In this document: positions 1-9,275 of the stretch, piece after piece | Layout of the letters: every line of letters begins with the position of its first letter | Numbering within the stretch: position 1 is the first letter of the stretch | DNA from: Aetokthonos hydrillicola CCALA 1050 | GTDB lineage: Bacteria; Cyanobacteriota; Cyanobacteriia; Cyanobacteriales; Nostocaceae | Length of the DNA stretch: 64,000 bases | Direction: 5' to 3' | Assembly (NCBI RefSeq): GCF_017591665.1 | Contig: NZ_JAAKGC010000030.1 | Span: 19,483-83,482 of the forward strand | Translations under genes and position numbers: made by a program | Notes under the pieces: generated by a model | What the model saw: only the letters and a program-made list of their open reading frames with translations | The model's database searches: none | What the model was told of the DNA's origin: nothing

Positions 1-249
1 TTCGTCAAAGTAATTTATAGATTAGCAGATGCATGGAAGAGGACCCTTCCATCAGTCATTTTTTATAAACTAAGGAAGAAACCTAGAGATGAATCTACGT
101 TTCCTTGGTAACCTGATTGTATTGCCATAACATCTGTTGAAGAGACAACCAGATTATTGCAGCTGCTGCAACGAATAAGGCAATAGTATCATCGTTCAAT
201 AACTTGATCAGATATTATAAGTCCTGTACGGTTTAGATTTTAAGGGAAT

Positions 250-453
250 TCAGAAATTTTGTAACATGGTCATCGACACACTCCGCCAAATCGCTGAAAC
301 CCTATATTTTTGGTTGGAGTGTGTCGATCGCTTATGGGGTAAGGTTTTGATCTCTATGTCTTGCTTGATTTTTGGGAAGTTGTATAATGTTTTTCAGGAG
401 TGTGTCGATTTGTCGTCTGAAACCCTTACACAGTAAGGGCTCCTAGACGAACT
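250..453 (+). promoter_or_regulatory. CRISPR leader for array 1, AT-rich and ~90% identical to the leader of array 2
   Basis: The ~200 bp immediately 5' of the first repeat is near-identical to the reverse complement of 11391-11590, which lies between cas2 and array 2. It contains repeated gtgtgtcgat motifs. Confidence 0.75.
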
Positions 454-2081
454 CCCTACCGACTGGGTTAAATCGGATTAGTTGGAAACCAGGAACAAGG
501 TTAATGCCCCTATTATTCAAGCCCTACCGACTGGGTTAAATCGGATTAGTTGGAAACAAATTACGCTACCATAGACTTGATGTGCGCTTGATTAACCCTA
601 CCGACTGGGTTAAATCGGATTAGTTGGAAACTAGTGCAATCTGTGGTCAGTCAGTACTGGCCTAAAGCCCTACCGACTGGGTTAAATCGGATTAGTTGGA
701 AACCATAATTCCCCCACGCTCCATTTCCATTGTTCGGAAACCCTACCGACTGGGTTAAATCGGATTAGTTGGAAACGACTGCTAAATCAATCAAGACGAT
801 CCGGCGACCAGGTTTCCCTACCGACTGGGTTAAATCGGATTAGTTGGAAACTCTCATTCACTCTTGTATTGGCTATTCTTGCACTTAACCCTACCGACTG
901 GGTTAAATCGGATTAGTTGGAAACATCATATTCGGTCACTATGAATTTTTGGGGATAATCCCTACCGACTGGGTTAAATCGGATTAGTTGGAAACTTCTA
1001 AGACATCATGGGAGATGTCTTATTTTTTTCTCCCTACCGACTGGGTTAAATCGGATTAGTTGGAAACCTTTATTTCTTCTCAGTTTTGTCGTTTCCATCA
1101 CTCCCCTACCGACTGGGTTAAATCGGATTAGTTGGAAACATTAATACCCAGGTGGCAGCTATTGCCAAAAAAAAGCCCTACCGACTGGGTTAAATCGGAT
1201 TAGTTGGAAACCCCAAGTTTCGCCAAGGAATTGGTATCCCCAGGAACCCTACCGACTGGGTTAAATCGGATTAGTTGGAAACAAAAGTTGAAAATTCAGG
1301 AAAGAAACTTTCCCCTACCCTACCGACTGGGTTAAATCGGATTAGTTGGAAACCTGCATCCTGAACCGCGTTCAGAACTGGGTCACCAGCCCTACCGACT
1401 GGGTTAAATCGGATTAGTTGGAAACTGTATGATGGTCGTTTTTCGACAGGAGAAATTAGCGGACCCTACCGACTGGGTTAAATCGGATTAGTTGGAAACG
1501 GTGCATTCGGATAGTTCCTCTTTGGTGAGGAAACCCTACCGACTGGGTTAAATCGGATTAGTTGGAAACAATTTATCAGAAGAATTTCCCCAAGCGCCAC
1601 CACCCCCCTACCGACTGGGTTAAATCGGATTAGTTGGAAACTTCCACTGCTCAAAAGGTTCCCAGTCGTTTAGTTTGAAAACCCTACCGACTGGGTTAAA
1701 TCGGATTAGTTGGAAACATTCTGCAAATCGCCCACTTTTGCTGTTGGATTCGCAGTCAACCCTACCGACTGGGTTAAATCGGATTAGTTGGAAACGTTGG
1801 GTTGCGTCTTGCGGCCTTACATTCGGCAACTTCCCTACCGACTGGGTTAAATCGGATTAGTTGGAAACGAGGGGGCTGTGGTTTAGGGATAATGAAATAT
1901 CCAAACCCTACCGACTGGGTTAAATCGGATTAGTTGGAAACTTGCGGGTTTGCATTGCAATTTCCTGTGCCATCCCTACCGACTGGGTTAAATCGGATTA
2001 GTTGGAAACTTATCTTCAACATTTGCAACAAAAGCTATCGCAACTCCCTACCGACTGGGTTAAATCGGATTAGTTGGAAAC
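454..2081 (+). CRISPR. CRISPR array 1: 23 copies of a 36-nt repeat CCCTACCGACTGGGTTAAATCGGATTAGTTGGAAAC with 22 unique spacers of ~32-40 nt
   Basis: Perfectly conserved direct repeats with a period of ~70-75 nt and unique spacers, read directly from the sequence. The small ORFs called inside it (LPTGLNRISWK peptides) are repeat artefacts. Confidence 0.97.
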
Positions 2082-2115
2082 CATTTTGGTCATTGTTAAG
2101 AATATCCCTAAATCC

Positions 2116-2538
2116 TTAAAAAGACCAAGGATTAATGATTACAACCCCTGTTGAGGCAAAATCTTTTTCGTTACGCGTGACAAGTGATAGAGAGTTATGA
2201 AGTGCGATGGCTGCAATGAGAGAATCCATTGCGGGTAGAGATCGCCCCGAAAATTCTAGTTGCCCAACTAAGTTTCCCCACAACACCATTGTTGAGAAAT
2301 CAATACTTAAAATTCTGTTTTCAAAGCGTAGCGGTAGTGTTTCATTTAACCAAGTTGTTAGAGATTCTTTGCGGTTAGATGCAGTCATTTTGCTAATACC
2401 TTTAGCGATTTCGCCAATTGTGATGACGCTTAGATAAAGTGTTTCTGGCACTTGGGCATCTAGCCAATCTAAAACTTGTTGATTTGGTTGTTTGGCAATC
2501 AGTTCGGAAATCAAGCAAGTATCAAGGAGGTAGCTCAT
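2116..2538 (-). CDS. vapC: PIN-domain toxin, VapC family
   Basis: 140 aa. The N-terminus MSYLLDTCLISEL carries an acidic residue typical of PIN domains. It overlaps the upstream small gene by 4 nt (ATGA), the usual toxin-antitoxin arrangement. Confidence 0.75.
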   Translation of the reverse strand: MSYLLDTCLISELIAKQPNQQVLDWLDAQVPETLYLSVITIGEIAKGISKMTASNRKESLTTWLNETLPLRFENRILSIDFSTMVLWGNLVGQLEFSGRSLPAMDSLIAAIALHNSLSLVTRNEKDFASTGVVIINPWSF

Positions 2539-2762
2539 GGGGTGAAGCTATCACGGGCTTGACTGAGATCTCGGCTTAGGTCTAATTCTGAACTGACTTC
2601 AGCTAGGGGGGATTGACGGAAAAACTCTGAGAGTTTGGTGGTTTGTTCTGGGTAGGAGTTGTTATTCTGTGTGGTCAGGCTTTGGGCGAGTAGTTGGATA
2701 ATGTACAGCTTATCGTTAGCTGAGAGATTCAGGAGTTGTTGTTCGAGTTCTGGGATAACCAT
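2535..2762 (-). CDS. Small antitoxin-like protein paired with VapC
   Basis: 75 aa, translationally coupled upstream of the PIN gene. Its N-terminal PELEQQLLNLS...IIQLL pattern recurs in a second small orphan ORF at 34006-34176. Confidence 0.55.
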   Translation of the reverse strand: MVIPELEQQLLNLSANDKLYIIQLLAQSLTTQNNNSYPEQTTKLSEFFRQSPLAEVSSELDLSRDLSQARDSFTP

Positions 2763-3151
2763 ACTGGGGGTTAAGTTGAGGATAAATTTATTTTACTTTC
2801 CGCATCAGGGATCATCGTTTAATTTGCCGCCAGGCTAGAGTATCCGCCGAGATAATTGCACTCAGGGTTGTGTTATTGCGAAGCTGTAACGCACCTTGAA
2901 TTTGTGGCGGTGCGCCGCTTGACGACAACACAACAGCAATATTGGGAGAGGAAAATCCACACCCCAATTTGCCTCCCCTAAGTTAATATTTCTTAACATA
3001 GTTTGAAATATTAACGCCGACTTACTTAAGCGATCGCCTCCAGGTGATCGCTGTTTATTTGGGAGAATAGCTGATAGGTAAAAGCGTCTTCCACCCATAG
3101 GTTTTAATAGAAAACAAGAAAACAAAAACCCAAAACGAAGGGTAAAAGAGC

Positions 3152-3724
3152 ATGAGAAATCTTCATCGAGTGATGATTATTGCTGATGGCGATAACGCTT
3201 TTATGGCTGCGCATAATTTTAATCGCAAAATAGATTGGTGTAAGATGCGGGACTATTTAGCTGACCCAAAAGAAGGGAGAGAGTTAATTGAAATGGTGAT
3301 TTATATCGGTTTACCTCCTGCAAAAGAAAGATTTGAGGAACAGCGAAAAAGTAAAGAAAAATTTATTTATTGGGCAAAGAGTAATGGTTTTTTAGTTGTT
3401 GCTAGAGAAGGTAAAGCTAAGGGTGAAGATTATGAAAGCAATGTTGATGTTGTCATGGCAATTGATGCGATTCAGTTAGCTTTAGAAGTAAAACCAGATA
3501 TTGTAGTTTTAGTAACTGGAGATTCTGATTTCGCTTATTTAGCAGAGAAATTGAGAAGACGAGGAATAAGAGTTGAAGTAGCTTCAGTTGAACAATCTTT
3601 AGGGAGTGAGTTGAAAATTGCAGCTAATAGCATAGTGGATTTAAGTGAGGTTTTTGATAAATTTGCGCAACATGATGTCAACGAAAATTATCATCGTATA
3701 GGCAGTTCCACCGTCTTTGATTGA
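3152..3724 (+). CDS. NYN/LabA-like (PIN-fold) ribonuclease domain protein
   Basis: 190 aa. The IIADGDN...VVLVTGDSDF acidic motifs are characteristic of the NYN/LabA (DUF88) family. Confidence 0.65.
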   Translation: MRNLHRVMIIADGDNAFMAAHNFNRKIDWCKMRDYLADPKEGRELIEMVIYIGLPPAKERFEEQRKSKEKFIYWAKSNGFLVVAREGKAKGEDYESNVDVVMAIDAIQLALEVKPDIVVLVTGDSDFAYLAEKLRRRGIRVEVASVEQSLGSELKIAANSIVDLSEVFDKFAQHDVNENYHRIGSSTVFD

Positions 3725-3768
3725 TGAAATCATAGTACTGCAAACAACGAAAAATAAAAGGGTTTTTT

Positions 3769-4173
3769 ATGAAAACAGTCAATGGAAAGTTAATCAATCA
3801 AGAACAAATTCAGTGTGATAAATTGACCCATATGACGGAGGAAATTACCCAACGCTGTGATTATTTAGAATCTGAATATCTACAGAAGATAAATCAAGAA
3901 ATTGATAATACAAAATCTTGTCTTGAAAAGCTAGAGCAAAAAATCTGCTTTTTGGAGGATGTAACATTCAAACAAGCTAAGCAGTTGTCATTTCTTAAAA
4001 TAATGAGTGTTATTGGTCTACTTGGCTTGTTCTTTATATTTGGCATAAACCATCAACCGCAAAATGAAAGTATTAAACCGCATAAAAAGCAGTCAAAATA
4101 CACCACCGATAAAGAGATGGTGTTTCAAGAAAAGTTTCAATTTCTGTCTCGTCCACAGAGGATGAGCTTTTAA
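3769..4173 (+). CDS. Hypothetical coiled-coil protein with a C-terminal transmembrane helix
   Basis: 134 aa with a hydrophobic stretch IMSVIGLLGLFFIFGI. The 3' end overlaps a locally repeated DNA segment (4092-4130 resembles 4450-4486), so the C-terminus is uncertain. Confidence 0.35.
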   Translation: MKTVNGKLINQEQIQCDKLTHMTEEITQRCDYLESEYLQKINQEIDNTKSCLEKLEQKICFLEDVTFKQAKQLSFLKIMSVIGLLGLFFIFGINHQPQNESIKPHKKQSKYTTDKEMVFQEKFQFLSRPQRMSF

Positions 4174-4217
4174 ACAAGTATTTATTCTGACTCCTGATAA
4201 AAAATCGAGGAAATAAA

Positions 4218-4415
4218 ATGAGAGCAATTGTCAATGGTAAATTGGTTGATTTACCACAAGGTACAACAGTCGAAGAATTACGAAAAAAAATGCCAGAAAT
4301 TGGTCAAGATGATGTGATGGAAGAAAGTTTTAGTGGTACTCGTCCTTTGAAGAGTAATGAAGCACTAAAAGAAGGTTCAAAAATTTGGACTATGCCAAAA
4401 ATTGTGAAAGGGTAA
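4218..4415 (+). CDS. Ubiquitin-like beta-grasp protein (ThiS/MoaD-like), candidate Ubl of a Bil/Bub-type system, ending in a single glycine
   Basis: 65 aa. The MRAIVNGKLVDLPQGTTVEEL...LKEGSKIWTMPKIVKG* pattern matches ThiS/MoaD with a C-terminal Gly. There is a GAGGA ribosome-binding site, and the gene lies immediately upstream of the E2-like and JAB-E1 genes. Confidence 0.6.
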   Translation: MRAIVNGKLVDLPQGTTVEELRKKMPEIGQDDVMEESFSGTRPLKSNEALKEGSKIWTMPKIVKG

Positions 4416-4630
4416 TAAAAAGGAGTCAGGAGTCAGAATACAGGAGGCAGAATACACCAACCATAAAGGGATGGCGTTTTAGCACTCCTGAATCAACCCC
4501 TCCGCAGAGTAACGAGTAGACAAGGTAGTTCATTCTGACTCCTGACTCCTGACTCCTGAATTCTTCTTCGATTTTTGTTTATCCAATAATCTAGGTTCAG
4601 TTTCTGAGTGTTGAATGAAGAGGGTGAAGT

Positions 4631-5116
4631 ATGGCAGTTACAATTAGCCAAGAAAAATCGGGATTTAAACCCAGCGCGCGAATTATACAAGAACTCAAAT
4701 TGTTAGAAAAAGTAGCCAAAAATGTAATTGTTGGTAGCAAAACAGTAAGTCAGACAAAATACACGGCTATTCTGATTAAGGGGATGCCATTATCTTCTAG
4801 AAAGTTTAAAGTTTCCAACACAGATGTTTTGTTTTTATTACCACCAAATTATCCTCAGCTTCCTCCTATTGGCTGCTATCTAAATTATCCATGGAGTACT
4901 GTAGGAGAAGGAGACCATCACTTCACTAGACAAAGCTACTATGGAGCACCATTTTTGAGTGAAGAAGGATGGTATTGGTACTGTGTTGGATTAGGTGGAG
5001 GATTTAACCATGAAGTGTGGTTAAATTCTTGGAGACCTAGCCATAATCCAGAAAAAGGTCATAATCTTTCTACTTTGTTTGTGACAGCACGCCACGCAAT
5101 TAATAGTGACGAATAG
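4631..5116 (+). CDS. E2-like (UBC-fold) ubiquitin-conjugating enzyme homologue
   Basis: 161 aa. LLPPNYPQLPPIGC matches the E2 signature FPxxYPxxPP followed by Cys. The gene sits between the Ubl and the JAB-E1 gene. Confidence 0.55.
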   Translation: MAVTISQEKSGFKPSARIIQELKLLEKVAKNVIVGSKTVSQTKYTAILIKGMPLSSRKFKVSNTDVLFLLPPNYPQLPPIGCYLNYPWSTVGEGDHHFTRQSYYGAPFLSEEGWYWYCVGLGGGFNHEVWLNSWRPSHNPEKGHNLSTLFVTARHAINSDE

Positions 5117-5130
5117 GAAATTTAAAAATC

Positions 5131-6573
5131 ATGAATAAACCTTCTACAATTTCTGTGCATGTGGCACCAAAAATGTGGTCTGAGTTTCGAGAATCTATGG
5201 TTCAGTCTCGGATGTTTAATGAGGAAGTTATTGGTTTTTTATTTTGTCAGCGTCATCAAGTTTCTAAAAGGAAATTCCGATATATTCCTAAAACTTGGGT
5301 CGTTCCTGCTTCTGATTGCTATGAACATCAATCAGCTAGTGGGTTAGTTTTAAAACAGCATTTTCATTCTTATCTGTTAGAAAATCATCTTCAACCTGGT
5401 ATGGATGTAGTTCACATCCACACCCATACAAGTCCAAATTTTCCAGACTTTTCGTATGTTGACGACCGTTATGAATCTGAATATGCAAGATTTATTGCGT
5501 CTCATTTTCCTAAAAAACCTCGTTTGATTTCCGGGGTGTTTGACGAAAATCTAAAATATGGTCAATTTCGGATTTGGGATAGGAAAGGGCAGAAATTTGA
5601 AAATGTTCAATTCTACAATTCGTTATTTATGGTCTCTAACCCTGAAGAGAACATGAAAAATACAAATTTTATGTTTGCTCGCCAAAAAATATTTGGTGAA
5701 GCCAATCAAAACGTTTTGAATCAGCTAAAAGTTGGACTTATTGGGTGTGGTGGAATTGGTTCAATTTTTGCAGAATTATTAGGACGTTTGGGTGTGAAAA
5801 ATTGGGTATTAATTGATCCAGATCAATTGGAGACAGTTAATCTCAATCGAATGCCTGGTGCTACACAAGAAATGGTAGACCAACAATGGTATAAAGTACA
5901 TTATGTCAAGCATCTAATCAAAAAAATTTACCATCAGGGTTCTTGTGTCAAAACAATATCAACTACAGTTGAAAGCGAATCAGCCAAGCAAGAAATCGCA
6001 AGCTGTGATTTAGTAGTGGTAGCGACTGACAATCATCTTTCTCGTAAAACTGCTCAAGAATTAGCCTTGCAGTATATGCGTCCTTTGGTGTGTTTAGGAA
6101 CTCATATAGATCTGAAATCAGATCATACACCGCGCATGTATTGCAGAATTACCGTTCCTCCTTTGGGAGGTGGTTGGTGTTTGATGTGCGGTAATATTAT
6201 CAACCTGCAACGTGCAGCCTTAGAGTCTGCACCTTTAGAGATTAACAAGATGGCTGCAAGTGCTGGTTATTTAGAAGGAGTGAATGACCCAGCCGTATTT
6301 TGGTTAAATAGTATTTGTGCAAGTACAGGTGTTGGTGTCATTCATGGGATGATCAGCGGTTTTTTAAATGTTGATTCTGGGATTGATTGGATTTATGAGT
6401 TTCCCGTTAGTGATTGGCGTAAGACGAATATAGAGTATTTGCACAATGACGATTGTTACTTTTGCGGGCTTAATAATTCCGAGGAAGTCGAAACCTCCGA
6501 AAATTCAGATTTTATAAAGAAGAATTCAGGAGTCAGGAGTCAGGAGTCAGAATACATCCGCTACCTAGAATAA
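5131..6573 (+). CDS. JAB/JAMM deubiquitinase fused to an E1-like (ThiF/MoeB-type) activating enzyme
   Basis: 480 aa. The N-terminal HIHTHTSPNFPDFSYVDD is a JAMM-like HxH...S..D metal site. The central LIGCGGIGS...DPDQLETVNLNRM is the ThiF/E1 Rossmann and adenylation motif. Two CxxC pairs follow (CLMCGN, CYFCGL). The last ~15 aa are encoded by STRR heptamers. Confidence 0.85.
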   Translation: MNKPSTISVHVAPKMWSEFRESMVQSRMFNEEVIGFLFCQRHQVSKRKFRYIPKTWVVPASDCYEHQSASGLVLKQHFHSYLLENHLQPGMDVVHIHTHTSPNFPDFSYVDDRYESEYARFIASHFPKKPRLISGVFDENLKYGQFRIWDRKGQKFENVQFYNSLFMVSNPEENMKNTNFMFARQKIFGEANQNVLNQLKVGLIGCGGIGSIFAELLGRLGVKNWVLIDPDQLETVNLNRMPGATQEMVDQQWYKVHYVKHLIKKIYHQGSCVKTISTTVESESAKQEIASCDLVVVATDNHLSRKTAQELALQYMRPLVCLGTHIDLKSDHTPRMYCRITVPPLGGGWCLMCGNIINLQRAALESAPLEINKMAASAGYLEGVNDPAVFWLNSICASTGVGVIHGMISGFLNVDSGIDWIYEFPVSDWRKTNIEYLHNDDCYFCGLNNSEEVETSENSDFIKKNSGVRSQESEYIRYLE

Positions 6574-6820
6574 ATAGCAACTACTACTCTTTTAAGTTAA
6601 ACGTAGGTTGGGTTGAGGAACGTAGACGCCCCTAGCGGCTTCCCGCAGGGTAACCCAACATTTTTAGGATTTTGTTGGGTTTCGCTGTCGCTCTACCCAA
6701 CCTACAATTATCCTTAACCGAACCGTATTGCATTCGCCCCTACATATCGTACCTGTATCATGCTTTTCTTGAAAGTGATAACTGATAACTGTTCACTATT
6801 AAAATATCCAGGGAGATGTT

Positions 6821-7852
6821 ATGAAATTTAGAAATGCTAAAGGCAATCTGGCTGTTATTTTTCTCATGACTTTATTTTGCTTAAGTGTTTTTAGTTATGG
6901 AGTATACGCAAGCTATTACGGATTGCTATTATTTCAGCAAGGAGCTTTTAATTTTATTATCGGTCTGTTCTTTTTGGTTTGTATTGGTATCCCTAGTATT
7001 TACTGGGTGCTCACAACCATGTACAGATATTTTGCTGCTGTACCTTCTTATGTTAATCAAAGAAAAATACGAGTTATTAACCCTCTTTTAGTACACGAGA
7101 AAGGATTATATTCTGAAACTGAAAAATGGTTATGTACGAGGGTTAAAGAGTTAGCTCAAGCAGAAGGATTACCCAAAACTCCAGTAGTAGGAATTGAATT
7201 ATGTGATGACAATCCTAATGCTTATGCAGTGGGTGCAACTCGTTCTTATGCGATGGTTGTTGCTACTACTGGTTTAATCAAACAATTAAGTCACAGAGAA
7301 GTTGCTGCGGTGATGGCGCATGAATTAGGACATATTGCGAATCTAGATACGATGGCAAAAACTCTTCTTTCCGCTGCTTTGGATGGTGTGATGCTAATAC
7401 TTTTTACGCCAATGTTGCTGATTGTTTGGTATTTTGGGAGATTTGTGGCTTTATTAATGCTGGCTGCAGGTGTAATTTATGGTCTGATGGGTAATTGGCA
7501 GCACGCAACAGGCTTTTTTGTGGGTGTATTGGTTTGGATTCTTTTAATGATGTTGCCGATGATAACAAAGTTCTTGGTTACATTATTGACTTTTTGGCAC
7601 AGTCGTTGGCGCGAATATCACGCTGATGCGGTTGCAGCTAGGTTAACGAGCGTTGATGATATGGTATCAGCCTTGGTAAGGCTTGACCGTTTACCTTTCG
7701 AACCACCGAAAAAAAATAAAGAACAAATGGCTACTTTATGGATTCGAGTGGCGATGACTCAAGAAACAGGTGTGTTTCACTGGTTAAAGCATACACACCC
7801 ACCTATTCACAAAAGAATTGAAGCTTTAAGACGTGGATTTTATTTGAGATGA
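6821..7852 (+). CDS. M48 family zinc metalloprotease (HtpX-like), integral membrane
   Basis: 343 aa with the HELGH zinc motif (VMAHELGHIANLD) and several hydrophobic helices. Confidence 0.85.
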   Translation: MKFRNAKGNLAVIFLMTLFCLSVFSYGVYASYYGLLLFQQGAFNFIIGLFFLVCIGIPSIYWVLTTMYRYFAAVPSYVNQRKIRVINPLLVHEKGLYSETEKWLCTRVKELAQAEGLPKTPVVGIELCDDNPNAYAVGATRSYAMVVATTGLIKQLSHREVAAVMAHELGHIANLDTMAKTLLSAALDGVMLILFTPMLLIVWYFGRFVALLMLAAGVIYGLMGNWQHATGFFVGVLVWILLMMLPMITKFLVTLLTFWHSRWREYHADAVAARLTSVDDMVSALVRLDRLPFEPPKKNKEQMATLWIRVAMTQETGVFHWLKHTHPPIHKRIEALRRGFYLR

Positions 7853-7923
7853 TTGCTTGTGGAAATGGCATTTCTCTCAATTGTAATAGTAAACCCTGTT
7901 CAAAAATATACTAAAACTAAAGT

Positions 7924-8913
7924 ATGTACAGCTATCATATTGAGTTAAACGGTGAAGTGTTGCACGTTGGATTTAATCGTAATCTTCCGTCTCAGGGCGA
8001 TCGCATAGTCCGAGATGCGCTAGAAGTCGTAAGCCAAAAAATTGATTCTGGGGAAATTACAGGAGGTAAACGTATTTTAATTGACGGACCACAATCTGTT
8101 CCTGTTGCTTACGTGCTTTCTCACAAACTTGCGCATTTATACCAAGTCGTCGCAATTTTAGATCCCAAACTTGGTAGTAAAGTAAGTACACCAAATGGTG
8201 CTATTAGACACAAAACTTATATCGTCACCTCTGTACATGGTTCCGCAGAATATCAAGTCGGTGATTTGATCGAAACAACTGAATCTCAGAAAGAGCGATC
8301 GCTGATCAAAGTTGTTTTGTGCGGTCCTGCAAAGTCAGGAAAATCCTGTTTGCGAGATGGTTTAAAAAGAGCTATTTTAGGCAGATTAGGTGCACCTTAT
8401 CCTTATGTCATCACCGCTTGTCCAGATGGGGAAGGCTCTTGGCATCAAGAAGCTTATGAAAACAATCAGTCAGCAGCGAAGGATTATAAGTATAATAATA
8501 AAGCAGATTTTACACCTGAGTTTGCACAACAAGCTGCTAAATGGGTACAGGGTGCAAACCAGTTAATCAATATTATTGATGTTGGTGGTAAAACTTCTCC
8601 AGAAAATAAAATAATAATGAAAGAAGCAACCCACGCTGTCATTTTGTCAGGAGATGTAAACAAATTTCCTGAATGGGAAGTTTTCTGCCAAGAATTAAAT
8701 CTTAAAATCGTTGCCAAGATTCACAGCCAATTACATGGCGTTCAAGATGAGGTTATGCAAGCTGATAATTGGCAAGAACAAACGAACGAATTGTTAGAAA
8801 CCGCCCCATTACTAACAGGTAGCGTACATCGATTAGAACGTGGAGAAAATGTATCAGATCGTCCAATGGTCAAAGCATTGGCTGATGTGTTGAAACATTT
8901 AACAAAGTGTTAA
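7924..8913 (+). CDS. Hypothetical P-loop (GPAKSGKS) protein with an internal tandem duplication; speculatively a Csx3-like CRISPR accessory protein
   Basis: 329 aa. LIDGPQSVPVAYVLSHKLAHL (first half) parallels VLCGPAKSGKSCLRDGLKRAI (second half, Walker-A-like). It lies adjacent to the array 2 trailer. Confidence 0.4.
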   Translation: MYSYHIELNGEVLHVGFNRNLPSQGDRIVRDALEVVSQKIDSGEITGGKRILIDGPQSVPVAYVLSHKLAHLYQVVAILDPKLGSKVSTPNGAIRHKTYIVTSVHGSAEYQVGDLIETTESQKERSLIKVVLCGPAKSGKSCLRDGLKRAILGRLGAPYPYVITACPDGEGSWHQEAYENNQSAAKDYKYNNKADFTPEFAQQAAKWVQGANQLINIIDVGGKTSPENKIIMKEATHAVILSGDVNKFPEWEVFCQELNLKIVAKIHSQLHGVQDEVMQADNWQEQTNELLETAPLLTGSVHRLERGENVSDRPMVKALADVLKHLTKC

Positions 8914-9094
8914 GTGTTTCAAATCATCTGATTTAACTCTAATTAAAGAGGGTTGAGAAACATAGCGTTACTCAACCTTTGTTTATGCTTTTTAATTGAG
9001 TAAGTACTCATTCATTTTGAGTGAAAAAAATTTCACCACCACGCATGAAAGAGGAATATTCCCTACTCAGAGTTGCCCGAAAGATCCGCCCCAT

Positions 9095-9275
9095 CTGACA
9101 TCTTGCACCCCGGCTGAATCAGCCCGATATCCTGCCCTACACTTAAGTGTAGGGCTAATAGCTTAAGTCCATTGAAATGGACTGAAATCCTTGCTCAGTC
9201 CTCTTGAGAGGACTTTAGCTATCAACAAGCGATTTAAATCGCTGGCTGGCTGACAGCCCAGGTGCAAGATATCAG
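9095..9275 (+). mobile_element. 181-bp MITE copy A with 15-bp terminal inverted repeats CTGAYATCTTGCACC
   Basis: It matches 12127-12307 over its whole length with identical TIRs. Its internal perfect palindrome (GCCCTACACTTAAGTGTAGGGC) differs between copies by compensatory changes. It overlaps the 3' end of the 9272-9904 gene. Confidence 0.8.

Noticed and set aside
1-250. Possible cas gene remnant upstream of the array 1 leader
   Set aside because: No ORF of 60 aa or more and no recognisable Cas2-like translation. Only weak similarity to the region downstream of cas2 near array 2.
1620-2119. Three small ORFs (61-69 aa) inside CRISPR array 1 encoding LPTGLNRISWK-type peptides
   Set aside because: They are translations of the CRISPR repeat itself, so the periodic peptide repeats are an artefact.
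2207-2437. 76-aa ORF antisense to vapC
   Set aside because: It lies entirely within the better-supported PIN-domain gene on the opposite strand and has no features of its own.
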